Origin: Nemertoderma westbladi
Taxonomy: Eukaryota > Animalia > Xenacoelomorpha
Length of the DNA stretch: 50,939 bases
Direction of reading: 5' to 3'
Assembly: GCA_032718475.1 (NCBI GenBank)
Contig: JAUCBJ010001190.1
Coordinates: forward strand, 1-50,939
Shown here: one piece after another, positions 23,601 to 34,558 of the stretch
How the letters are laid out: each line of letters begins with the position of its first letter
Numbering within the stretch: the first letter of the stretch is position 1
Notes under the pieces: generated by a model
What the model saw: the letters and a program-made list of their open reading frames with translations, nothing else
Databases searched by the model: none
Told to the model about the DNA's origin: nothing
Translations under genes and position numbers: made by a program

Positions 23601-26600
23601 GGTAAGTCGTACAGCGGGTAAGTCGTACAGCGGGTAAGTCGTACAGCGGGTAAGTCGTACAGCGGGTAAGTCGTACAGCGGGTAAGTCGTACAGCGGGTA
23701 AGTCGTACAGCGGGTAAGTCGTACAGCAGGTAAGTCGTACAGCGGGTAAGTTGTACAGCGGGTAAGTCGTACAGTGGGTAAGTCGTACAGCGGGTAAGTC
23801 GTGCAGCGGGTAAGTCGTACAGCGGGTAAGTCGTACAGCGGGTAAGTCGTACAGCGGGTAAGTCGTACAGCGGGTAAGTCGTACAGCGGGTAAGTCGTAC
23901 AGCGGGTAAGTCGTACAGCGGGTAAGTCGTACAGCGGGTAAGTCGTACAGCGGGTAAGTCGTACAGCGGGTAAGTTGTACAGCGGGTAAGTCGTACAGTG
24001 GGTAAGTCGTACAGCGGGTAAGTCGTGCAGCGGGTAAGTCGTACAGCGGGTAAGTCGTACAGCGGGTAAGTCGTACAGCTGCAGGTAAGTCGTACAGCGG
24101 GTAAGTTGTACAGCAGGTAAGTCGTACAGCGGGTAAGTCGTACAGCAGGTAAGTTGTACAGCGGGTAAGTCGTCTAGCGGGTAAGTCGTCTAGCGGGTAA
24201 GTCGTACAGCGGGTAAGTCGTACAGCGGGTAAGTCGTACAGCGGGTAAGTCGTACAGCAGGTAAGTCGTACAGCGGGTAAGTCGTACAGCGGGTAAGTCG
24301 TACAGCGGGTAAGTCGTACAGCGGGTAAGTCGTACAGCGGGTAAGTTGTACAGCAGGTAAGTCGTACAGCGGGTAAGTCGTATAGCGGGTAAGTCGTACA
24401 GCGGGTAAGTCGTACAGCGGGTAAGTCGTACAGCGGGTAAGTCGTACAGCGGGTAAGTCGTACAGCGGGTAAGTCGTACAGCGGGTAAGTCGTACAGCGG
24501 GTAAGTCGTACAGCGGGTAAGTCGTACAGCGGGTAAGTCGTACAGCGGGTAAGTCGTACAGCGGGTAAGTTGTACAGCGGGTAAGTCGTACAGTGGGTAA
24601 GTCGTACAGCGGGTAAGTCGTGCAGCGGGTAAGTCGTACAGCGGGTAAGTCGTACAGCGGGTAAGTCGTACAGCTGCAGGTAAGTCGTACAGCGGGTAAG
24701 TTGTACAGCAGGTAAGTCGTACAGCGGGTAAGTCGTACAGCAGGTAAGTTGTACAGCGGGTAAGTCGTCTAGCGGGTAAGTCGTCTAGCGGGTAAGTCGT
24801 ACAGCGGGTAAGTCGTACAGCGGGTGAGTCTTACAGCAGGTAAGTCGTACAGCGGGTAAGTCGTACAGCGGGTAAGTCGTACAGCGGGTAAGTCGTACAG
24901 CGGGTAAGTCGTACAGCGGGTAAGTCGTACAGCAGGTAAGTCGTACAGCAGGTAAGTCGTACAGCGGGTAAGTCGTACAGCGGGTAAGTCGTACAGTGGC
25001 TTTATTAATTTCTTTTATTGCTATTGAAATTTGCAACATTGGATCCTTTTTATTTAATAAATACTTAGTGGTAATTCAAATTTAAATTGACCGCAAGTGA
25101 AATAAAGTATCGTTCATTGTTTTGGTTATAAAACACCGCCATGTAACCTGCTCTCCTTTCTTTACCTTAATATTTTAAATTAAATTAAATTAATTTTTTA
25201 AAGCCTCTAAACACTTTTGATGTCTGGGGTTATTTTTCGCCATTAACTCAAAAAAAATCTGTATTTGGGCCCCTTTAACTTTAAAACAACAAGTTTAGTC
25301 CGGCAGCTAAGTAGCTTTTCCTGCATAATTATATTATCTTCTGCAGTTTTACTAACTATTATGCTGTGATTGTCGTCTATTATTATTAATAACAACAAAT
25401 TGACCTTTGACGTTTTAATTTTTAGTTCTTCTCCGGCGATAAGAATCCCTACGTTCCCTACAAACTGCTCCATTTAATCTGGACTAACGCGCGCCACCTA
25501 GCGGGCTACGAGCAACAGGACGCCCACGAGTTCCTAATAGCGGCGCTAGATGTCCTACACCGACACAGTCGGGACCAACCCAGACGGGAGTGTCTCACCA
25601 ACGGTGTCCTCCCCAACGGTACTCTCCCCCTCGCCAGTAGAAACAGCCCCTCCCCGCCCCCCGAGAATTGCCCCACTACGCAGTGCAGTTGTATCATAGA
25701 CCAGGTCTTTACTGGCGGTCTACAGAGCGACGTCGTCTGTCAGATATGCCACGGTGTATCGACCACAGGTGAGTTCTACACCGGTTTAAGTTTACTTGTT
25801 AAATATCGATTCATTCCGAGAGAATAATGGGGTCGTTTGAATAATTATTAACCTCTATTTTAGAGTAAGGCGGGGGGGGGATTGATGCTAGTGGCTCGTT
25901 ATTCTAACCAAAACAATAAACGGAAGTCAATAGAACATGATACAGTTTTATTTTTTGGAAGTAATCAGCTGTTATTTACGTAAATTTTCCCTGGAGAGGG
26001 ATGGATTTTTATTGCGTCGTTAGCCCCCCCCCCCCCCCCCCCCCCCCTCCCCCAACTGCTATGTTAACTATACCAAAACGCCAGTACTGACATAGAAACC
26101 TAATTAAAACGATAAAACTGTTTTGAATATAATTAAAAAGTTATAAATAGATGAATACTCTGGCGTCCCGAATAGACGGGGTGGGTGGAAAAATTTCATT
26201 ATGCTAATATTCGGGGTGGCTGGAATAAACGTGGTGGGTGGAAAATCAAAATTTAATATACTTACTTAACATACAGTATAGGCGTACAGGTACAGTTAGT
26301 ACCTACGGCTACCGGTGGTATATTCGCTACACGGTTTTGGTTTTCTTTCACTTTCAACTCTCATTTATTATGAGAAACGTTTATTTACTCATAATAAAAA
26401 ATGTACTAAATTTTTTTGAAAAAATTAATAGGGCCCGTCTATTCGGGACTCCAGAGTACCTGGCCAATATTTTCCCAATTTTGGTATCGTTCATGTCTGG
26501 AGGATTGCATAAGACAACATTATAAATCACACTTACCTTATAAGCTGTCATCTACTATTTAATTGTAGTCAACGGGGCCATACAATTCCTGGTAACAAAG

Positions 26601-28385
26601 TCTAAGTCGGTCCCCGAATTAGTAAGGGTTTGAGTTTGGGACCGGCGTTATTGTAAGTTACACATAATGTTCCTCTAGGGGCTCCCTTAATAACTGTCCA
26701 ATAATACTGCATTCCATTATATAGTCGACCCGTTCTGGGATATCAGTCTGGAGATATCTGGTTGCTATGATACGGTAGAACCTCAGAGGTGTTCCAGTCA
26801 GATGAGTAACAGCAGTTCCGACTCTGTCTCTTTGGGTAGGTTTAATTCTATTTTTTTATTATATTATATTAATCTATATTACTATTTCTAGGTAAGTTTA
26901 ACATGTTCACTTCAGCTTCATACGCTAGGTTTTGATTTAAATACGGCTACTTAGGTTGTTTTAATACGTTTAATCGGGGAAGTTTAATACGTCTCTTAAA
27001 ACGCGTATCTGCAGGGTGATGCTGGGTCTTAACAATGAGATGTTGCCATAGTTGTATACCCTCATAGCTTATGTGTGCATCATGGGCGATGTTGTGCGCA
27101 TCCTGTTATATGTACCGGTCCGGTACCATCCATAGACCTGGTGCAGCATCATTTAGAGCCCAACATGATGGGCTGTCATAGAGCAGCACAGCTCCACTTC
27201 TGCACGGAAAGGGCGTACCCTTTAGGAACCTTTTTTGGAGATTACTTTATATCACTGGAGATTACTTTATAACACTGGAGATTACTTTATGTAACTGGAG
27301 ATTACTTTATGTCACTGGAGATTACTTTAATACTGGAATTGCGTTTAATTAGATGGTTCGACATATACATCATCGGATGACCAACCTCCTACGTCATTGG
27401 CTGACTGCCTCCGTCGGTTTACGAAACCGGAACATTTGGGCGGCGCCAAAATCCGTTGTGGTACCTGCCAAAGTTACGAGGAAAGTACAAAGCAACTGAC
27501 TTGGAGGACCCTCCCGGTGGTAGCGTGTTTCCATCTCAAGGTAAGTGCTAAGTAAATGTGCAACCCTTTCGCTGGTAAGGTGTTTCCATCTCAAGGTAAG
27601 TATAAAGCAACTCTCTACGACCCTTTCTCTGGTAAGGTATTTCCATCTCAAGGTAAGTGCTAAGCAAATGGGCAACCCTTTGGCTGGTAAGGTGTTTCCA
27701 TCTCAAGGTAAAAAACAAGGCAACAATGGTTTGGGGACCCTGCTCGTGGTAACGTGTTTCCATTTCAAGGAAAGTACACCGCAACTGATTTGGGGAACCA
27801 TCTGTTTCCCTCTAGTTCAGATTGCCCAGGGGTTTTAGCGTCGGACAGTTTTCGTAAAGCTGTTTTAAGGAACCAACCTTAACCCACCAAGCTGTAATGG
27901 GTACCCGGTTTATTTTTACTGTTCGAAAATTGAGAAAATTGTCGGATATATATAAATTCAACCTTGGGGATATGGGTGCCCCCCGCGCTGCCTTACAGGT
28001 AACATGAGTGGGACATTTATATTTCGTCTTCATTTAAAACGTAAGTAATGCAACTGCAAATTTTAATATATATTGCATTTATAATAATATATATTGCACT
28101 TATAATAATATATATTGCATTTATAATAATATATATTGCATTTATAATAATATATATTGCACTTATAATAATATATATTGCACAGAAATCTAGAGATTGC
28201 ATTGCACTTTATTTTCAGCGTTTCGAACATTCAACGAAATCTCGTCGAAAAGTGACGTCACCAATATCGTTTCCAGAGCAACTGGACATGGCGCCGTATA
28301 TGTCGTCACATCGTTCAGTAACCGCTCGACACAGTCGCAACAATAACAGTGAGAGTAACAAACAACTTAATCCGGCTGAGTACAT
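5525..28385 (+). CDS. USP22: Ubiquitin carboxyl-terminal hydrolase 22-like (USP22/Nonstop/Ubp8 family); exons 1-9, 3' end not in window
   Basis: join(5525-5638,12522-12654,13098-13214,13696-13797,17245-17414,25426-25768,26725-26835,27353-27540,28219-28385) is 1445 nt, all GT-AG, with consistent phases and no stops. It encodes a ZnF-UBP domain, Cys box [29 protein letters not shown] and CFHLKRFEH, collinear with USP22 as I recall it. Confidence 0.95.
7508..10914. mobile_element. Non-autonomous hAT-like DNA transposon
   Basis: Ends CAGTGCGGATTAA...TTAATCCGGCACTG with an 8-bp TSD CATGATCC at 7500-7507 and 10915-10922. The empty site is visible in the RTE copy at ~15549. Confidence 0.85.
8403..9943. 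mobile_element. Non-autonomous piggyBac-like element nested in the hAT element
   Basis: TTAA|CCCTAT...ATAGGG|TTAA ends; GGGGGTCATATTGACC near both ends; internal degenerate ~178-bp tandem repeats at ~8890-9610. Confidence 0.8.
11270..11936. mobile_element. MITE/foldback with ~225-bp inverted arms
   Basis: 11270-~11499 is the slightly diverged reverse complement of ~11710-11936 (TGCCAATTGGATGTCTCCACGAGAAAGAGCA ... TGCTCTTTCTCGTGGAGACATCCAATTGGCA). Confidence 0.85.
12522..12654 (+). CDS. USP22: USP22 exon 2 (ZnF-UBP)
   Basis: TTTCTAG|[44 protein letters not shown]|GTTAGT. Confidence 0.93.
13098..13214 (+). CDS. USP22: USP22 exon 3
   Basis: TTGTAG|(S)[38 protein letters not shown]|GTATTT. Confidence 0.93.
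13239..13528 (-). mobile_element. Probable LTR remnant with polypurine tract
   Basis: On the minus strand AGGAAGGGGG (13528-13519) is immediately followed by TGTTACAG...CCAACA (280 bp, TG...CA) with an internal TATAAG. No TSD found. Confidence 0.5.
13696..13797 (+). CDS. USP22: USP22 exon 4
   Basis: TTACAG|(G)[33 protein letters not shown]|GTAGGA; WEPT...KRRKI..NCT is typical of USP22. Confidence 0.93.
14655..14707 (+). promoter_or_regulatory. tRNA-derived internal Pol III promoter (repeated in every monomer)
   Basis: A box TGGCCTAGTGG 14655-14665 and B box GGTTCGAATCC 14697-14707 at tRNA spacing; anticodon-arm-like CTCGG-CTTCCAC-CTCGAG; no acceptor stem. Confidence 0.85.
14711..14753 (+). 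ncRNA. Type I minimal hammerhead ribozyme, copy 1
   Basis: Stem I ACCACG/CGTGGT, core CTGATGA, stem II GACC-CAGTAA-GGTC, GAAA, minimal palindromic stem III ACGCGT, cleavage triplet GTA (cut after 14747). Confidence 0.92.
15122..15164 (+). ncRNA. Type I minimal hammerhead ribozyme, copy 2
   Basis: Identical to 14711-14753, 411 bp downstream. Confidence 0.92.
17245..17414 (+). CDS. USP22: USP22 exon 5 (catalytic Cys box)
   Basis: TTTAG|(G)[37 protein letters not shown]...CELSGLFQQ|GTAAGT. Confidence 0.97.
17409..24996. repeat. 16-bp satellite CAGC(G/A)GGTAAGTCGTA, ~470 copies, beginning at the exon 5 donor
   Basis: Uninterrupted 7.6-kb array; the first unit is the real exon/intron junction CAGCAG|GTAAGTCGTA. 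Confidence 0.98.
25426..25768 (+). CDS. USP22: USP22 exon 6
   Basis: TTTTAG|[47 protein letters not shown]...[28 protein letters not shown]|GTGAGT. Confidence 0.97.
26158..26456. mobile_element. Tc1/mariner-type MITE
   Basis: TA|CTCTGGCGTCCCGAATAGACGGG ... CCCGTCTATTCGGGACTCCAGAG|TA. Confidence 0.85.
26725..26835 (+). CDS. USP22: USP22 exon 7
   Basis: TATAG|(V)[36 protein letters not shown]|GTAGGT; phase matches both neighbouring exons. Confidence 0.9.
27236..27337. repeat. 20-bp minisatellite (CTGGAGATTACTTTATRNCA, ~5 copies) just upstream of the exon 8 acceptor
   Basis: Direct tandem repeats ending ~15 nt before the AG at 27351-27352. Confidence 0.95.
27353..27540 (+). CDS. USP22: USP22 exon 8
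   Basis: AATTAG|(D)[62 protein letters not shown]|GTAAGT. Confidence 0.95.
27481..27799 (+). repeat. Diverged tandem copies (55-62 bp) of the exon 8 3' end plus donor
   Basis: TTTCCAT(C/T)TCAAG ends at 27540, 27595, 27652, 27707 and 27769. The first three are followed by GTAAGT, the fourth by GTAAAA. Confidence 0.92.
28064..28182. repeat. 21-bp AT-rich minisatellite upstream of the exon 9 acceptor
   Basis: TAATATATATTGCA(T/C)TTATAA, ~5.5 copies. Confidence 0.95.
28219..28385 (+). CDS. USP22: USP22 exon 9
   Basis: TTTTCAG|[31 protein letters not shown]...NPAEY|GTAAGT (phase 2). Confidence 0.95.
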
Positions 28386-28781
28386 GTAAGTAAATTATAT
28401 TATAAAAATCATAAAATATACTTTATTTAGTTTGTAATAAGTAACTTATTATTATAACTTTCATTGGGCATAGCTTTGCAAAGTCGGCTATGACGTCCAG
28501 GTGGGATCGAACTGGTCACCTCCAGTTTTTCTTTCTCACTTTTTAATCAGCTTTGAAATTACCACTACCATAAAACATTAATTTACCGTAGAGTAAATTT
28601 ACATTTACTTTACTTTATTTAAAATATGATGATAATAATATAAAGACTTTACCTTGTTGAGCATTTACGATTAAATAAGTATTCATACATACAACACATA
28701 TTCACTAAATTGTACAATAACTACGACAACCGTAACCTTTACAGTAGTCCAAGTCCAGGGTGTAACACGGTTTTGATATCC

Positions 28782-31700
28782 CTGGTAGTAGATATATCTA
28801 TCTTACAGGAGCAGTAAAACAGCTTCCTCACTGGTAGTAATATCTTCCACAAACAGCTTCCTCACTGGCAGTAGATATATCTATCTTACAGGAGCAGTAA
28901 AACAGCTTCCTCACTGGTAGTAGATATATCTATCTTACAGGAGCATTAAAACAGCTTCCTCACTGGTAGTAGATATTTCTTCCTCAAACAGCTTCCTCAC
29001 TGGTAGTAGATATATCTATCTTACAGGAGCAGTAAAAACAGCTTCCTCACTGGTAGTAGATATATCTATCTTACAGGAGCAGTAAAACAGCTTTCCTCAC
29101 TGGTAGTAGATATATCTTCCACAAACAGCTTCCTCACTGGTAGTAGATATATCTATCTTACAGGAGCATTAAAACAGCTTCCTCACTGGTAGTAGATATA
29201 TCTATCTTACAGGAGCAGTAAAAACAGCTTCCTCACTGGTAGTAGATATATCTATCTTACAGGAGCAGTAAAACAGCTTCCTCACTGGTAGTAGATATAT
29301 CTTCCACAAACAGCTTCCTCACTGGTAGTAGATATATCTATCTTACAGGAGCATTAAAACAGCTTCCTCACTGGTAGTAGATATATCTATCTTACAGGAG
29401 CAGTAAAACAGCTTCCTCACTGGTAGTAGATATATCTATCTTACAGGAGCATTAAAACAGCTTCCTCACTGGTAGTAGATATATCTATCTTACAGGAGCA
29501 GTAAAACAGCTTCCTCACTGGTAGTAGATATATCTATCTTACAGGAGCAGTAAAACAGCTTCCTCACTGGTAGTAGATATATCTTCCACAAACAGCTTCC
29601 TCACTGGTTGTAGATATATCTATCTTACAGGAGCAGTAAAAACAGCTTCCTCACTGGTAGTAGATATATCTATCTTACAGGAGCAGTAAAAACAGCTTCC
29701 TCACTGGTAGTAGATATATCTTCCACAAACAGCTTCCTCACTGGTAGTAGATATATCTTTCACAAACAGCTTCCTCACTGGTAGTAGATATATCTATCTT
29801 ACAGGAGCAGTAAAACAGCTTCCTCACTGGTAGTAGATATATCTATCTTACAGGAGCAGTAAAAACAGCTTCCTCACTGGTAGTAGATATATCTTCCACA
29901 AACAGCTTCCTCACTGGTAGTAGATATATCTATCTTACAGGAGCAGTAAAAACAGCTTCCTCACTGGTAGTAGATATATCTTCCACAAACAGCTTCCTCA
30001 CTGGTAGTAGATATATCTATCTTACAGGAGCATTAAAACAGCTTCCTCACTGGTAGTAGATATATCTATCTTACAGGAGCATTAAAACAGCTTTCCTCAC
30101 TGGTAGTAGATATATCTTCCACAAACAGCTTCCTCGCTGGTAGTAGATATATCTATCTTACAGGAGCAGTAAAACAGCTTCCTCACTGGTAGTAGATATA
30201 TATATCTTACAGGAGCAGTAAAAACAGCTTCCTCACTGGTAGTAGATATATCTATCTTACAGGAGCATTAAAACAGCTTCCTCACTGGTAGTAGATATAT
30301 CTATCTTACAGGAGCATTAAAACAGCTTCCTCACTGGTAGTAGATATATCTATCTTACAGGAGCAGTAAAACAGCTTCCTCACTGGTAGTAAATATATCT
30401 ATCTTACAGGAGCAGTAAAACAGCTTCCTCTTCCTCACTGGTAGTAGATATATCTATCTTACAGGAGCATTAAAACAGCTTCCTCACTGGTAGTAGATAT
30501 ATCTATCTTACAGGAGCAGTAAAACAGCTTCCTCACTGGTAGTAAATATATCTATCTTACAGGAGCAGTAAAACAGCTTCCTCTTCCTCACTGGTAGTAG
30601 ATATATCTATCTTACAGGAGCATTAAAACAGCTTCCTCACTGGTAGTAGATATATCTATCTTACAGGAGCAGTAAAAACAGCTTCCTCACTGGTAGTAGA
30701 TATATCTTCCACAAACAGCTTCCTCACTGGTAGTAGATATATCTATCTTACAGGAGCATTAAAACAGCTTCCTCACTGGTAGTAGATATATCTATCTTAC
30801 AGGAGCATTAAAACAGCTTTCCTCACTGGTAGTAGATATATCTTCCACAAACAGCTTCCTCGCTGGTAGTAGATATATCTATCTTACAGGAGCAGTAAAA
30901 CAGCTTCCTCACTGGTAGTAGATATATATATCTTACAGGAGCAGTAAAAACAGCTTCCTCACTGGTAGTAGATATATCTATCTTACAGGAGCATTAAAAC
31001 AGCTTCCTCACTGGTAGTAGATATATCTATCTTACAGGAGCATTAAAACAGCTTCCTCACTGGTAGTAGATATATCTATCTTACAGGAGCAGTAAAACAG
31101 CTTCCTCACTGGTAGTAAATATATCTATCTTACAGGAGCAGTAAAACAGCTTCCTCTTCCTCACTGGTAGTAGATATATCTATCTTACAGGAGCATTAAA
31201 ACAGCTTCCTCACTGGTAGTAGATATATCTATCTTACAGGAGCAGTAAAACAGCTTCCTCACTGGTAGTAGATATATCTTCCACAAACAGCTTCCTCACT
31301 GGTAGTAGATATATCTATCTTACAGGAGCATTAAAACAGCTTCCTCACTGGTAGTAGATATATCTATCTTACAGGAGCAGTAAAACAGCTTCCTCACTGA
31401 TAGTAGATATATCTTCCACAAACAGCTTCCTCACTGGTAGTAGATATATCTATCTTACAGGAGCATTAAAACAGCTTCCTCACTGGTAGTAGATATATCT
31501 ATCTTACAGGAGCAGTAAAACAGCTTCCTCACTGGTAGTAGATATATCTTCCACAAACAGCTTCCTCACTGGTAGTAGATATATCTTCCACAAACAGCTT
31601 CCTCACTGGTAGTAGATATATCTTCCACAAACAGCTTCCTCACTGGTAGTAGATATATCTATCTTACAGGAGCAGTAAAACAGCTTCCTCACTGGTAGTA

Positions 31701-34396
31701 GATATATCTATCTTACAGGAGCAGTAAAAACAGCTTCCTCACTGGTAGTAGATATATCTATCTTACAGGAGCATTAAAACAGCTTCCTCACTGGTAGTAG
31801 ATATATCTATCTTACAGGAGCATTAAAACAGCTTTCCTCACTGGTAGTAGATATATCTTCCACAAACAGCTTCCTCACTGGTAGTAGATATATCTATCTT
31901 ACAGGAGCAGTAAAAACAGCTTCCTCACTGGTAGTAGATATATCTATCTTACAGGAGCATTAAAACAGCTTCCTCACTGGTAGTAGATATATCTATCTTG
32001 CAGGAGCAGTAAAACAGCTTCCTCGCTGGTAGTAGATATATCTATCTTACAGGAGCAGTAAAACAGCTTCCTCACTGGTAGTAGATATATCTATCTTACA
32101 GGAGCATTAAAACAGCTTCCTCACTGGTAGTAGATATATCTATCTTACAGGAGCATTAAAACAGCTTCCTCACTGGTAGTAGATATATCTATCTTACAGG
32201 AGCAGTAAAACAGCTTCCTCACTGGTAGTAAATATATCTATCTTACAGGAGCAGTAAAACAGCTTCCTCACTGGTAGTAGATATTTCTTCCTCAAACAGC
32301 TTCCTCACTGGTAGTAGATATATCTATCTTACAGGAGCATTAAAACAGCTTTCCTCACTGGTAGTAGATATATCTTCCACAAACAGCTTCCTCACTGGTA
32401 GTAGATATATCTTCCACAAACAGCTTCCTCACTGGTAGTAGATATATCTATCTTACAGGAGCAGTAAAACAGCTTCCTCACTGGTAGTAGATATTTCTTC
32501 CTCAAACAGCTTCCTCACTGGTAGTAGATATATCTATCTTACAGGAGCAGTAAAAACAGCTTCCTCACTGGTAGTAGATATATCTATCTTACAGGAGCAG
32601 TAAAACAGCTTCCTCACTGGTAGTAGATATTTCTTCCTCAAACAGCTTCCTCACTGGTAGTAGATATATCTATCTTACAGGAGCAGTAAAAACAGCTTCC
32701 TCACTGGTAGTAGATATATCTATCTTACAGGAGCAGTAAAACAGCTTCCTCACTGGTAGTAGATATTTCTTCCTCAAACAGCTTCCTCACTGGTAGTAGA
32801 TATATCTATCTTACAGGAGCAGTAAAAACAGCTTCCTCACTGGTAGTAGATATATCTATCTTACAGGAGCAGTAAAACAGCTTCCTCACTGGTAGTAGAT
32901 ATTTCTTCCTCAAACAGCTTCCTCACTGGTAGTAGATATATCTATCTTACAGGAGCAGTAAAACAGCTTCCTCACTGGTAGTAGATATTTCTTCCTCAAA
33001 CAGCTTCCTCACTGGTAGTAGATATATCTATCTTACAGGAGCATTAAAACAACTTCCTCACTGGTAGTAGATATATCTATCTTACAGGAGCAGTAAAACA
33101 GCTTCCTCACTGGTAGTAGATATATCTTCCACAAACAGCTTCCTCACTGGTAGTAGATATATCTTCCTCAAACAGCTTCCTCACTGGTAGTAGATATATC
33201 TATCTTACAGGAGCAGTAAAACAGCTTCCTCACTGGTAGTAGATATATCTATCTTACAGGAGCAGTAAAACAGCTTTCCTCACTGGTAGTAGATATTTCT
33301 TCCTCAAACAGCTTCCTCACTGGTAGTAGATATATCTATCTTACAGGAGCATTAAAACAGCTTTCCTCACTGGTAGTAGATATATCTTCCACAAACAGCT
33401 TCCTCGCTGGTAGTAGATATATCTTCCACAAACAGCTTCCTCACTGGTAGTAGATATATCTTCCACAAACAGCTTCCTCGCTGGTAGTAGATATATCTAT
33501 CTTACAGGAGCATTAAAACAGCTTTCCTCACTGGTAGTAGATATATCTTCCACAAACAGCTTCCTCACTGGTAGTAGATATATCTATCTTACAGGAGCAG
33601 TAAAAACAGCTTCCTCACTGGTAGTAGATATATCTATCTTACAGGAGCAGTAAAACAGCTTCCTCACTGGTAGTAGATATATCTATCTTACAGGAGCAGT
33701 AAAACAGCTTTCCTCACTGGTAGTAGATATTTCTTCCTCAAACAGCTTCCTCACTGGTAGTAGATATATCTATCTTACAGGAGCATTAAAACAGCTTTCC
33801 TCACTGGTAGTAGATATATCTTCCACAAACAGCTTCCTCGCTGGTAGTAGATATATCTTCCACAAACAGCTTCCTCACTGGTAGTAGATATATCTTCCAC
33901 AAACAGCTTCCTCGCTGGTAGTAGATATATCTATCTTACAGGAGCATTAAAACAGCTTTCCTCACTGGTAGTAGATATATCTTCCACAAACAGCTTCCTC
34001 ACTGGTAGTAGATATATCTATCTTACAGGAGCAGTAAAAACAGCTTCCTCACTGGTAGTAGATATATCTATCTTACAGGAGCAGTAAAACAGCTTCCTCA
34101 CTGGTAGTAGATATATCTTCCTCAAACAGCTTTCCTCACTGGTAGTAGATATATCTTCCACAAACAGCTTCCTCACTGGTAGTAGATATATCTATCTTAC
34201 AGGAGCAGTAAAAACAGCTTCCTCACTGGTAGTAGATATATCTATCTTACAGGAGCAGTAAAACAGCTTTCCTCACTGGTAGTAGATATATCTTCCACAA
34301 ACAGCTTCCTCACTGGTAGTAGATATATCTTCCACAAACAGCTTCCTCACTGGTAGTAGATATATCTTCCACAAACAGCTTCCTCGCTGGTAGTAG
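28782..34396. repeat. Two-unit satellite (49-bp and 37-bp monomers interleaved), roughly 125 units
   Basis: CTGGTAGTAGATATATCTATCTTACAGGAGCAGTAAAACAGCTTCCTCA (49) and CTGGTAGTAGATATATCTTCCACAAACAGCTTCCTCA (37). Confidence 0.98.
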
Positions 34397-34506
34397 CTAC
34401 ATCTTCTTCCACATTTTCCTTTCCTTATGTATTTCGTTCGCAGGACCTTCATAATTCTCCAATAATCTCCGCCCAGTTTGCTATAAAGCTGCTTTACGCT
34501 CTCAGT

Positions 34507-34558
34507 TCAGTTTAATAAAGAGTCTCTCTCGCCACGATCAGATTTGGTTGGTTGTTTC
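34507..34558 (-). CDS. Ig-TM gene exon 5 (cytoplasmic tail, stop)
   Basis: TTTCAG|G-KQPTKSDRGERDSLLN*; homologous to 44214-44265. Confidence 0.8.

Noticed and set aside
28782-34396. CRISPR-like array, or micro-exon array (TTACAG|G...CTG|GTAGTA on +)
   Set aside because: The 'spacers' are just two recurring variants, in a eukaryotic context with no cas genes. The implied 24-nt introns are too short to splice.
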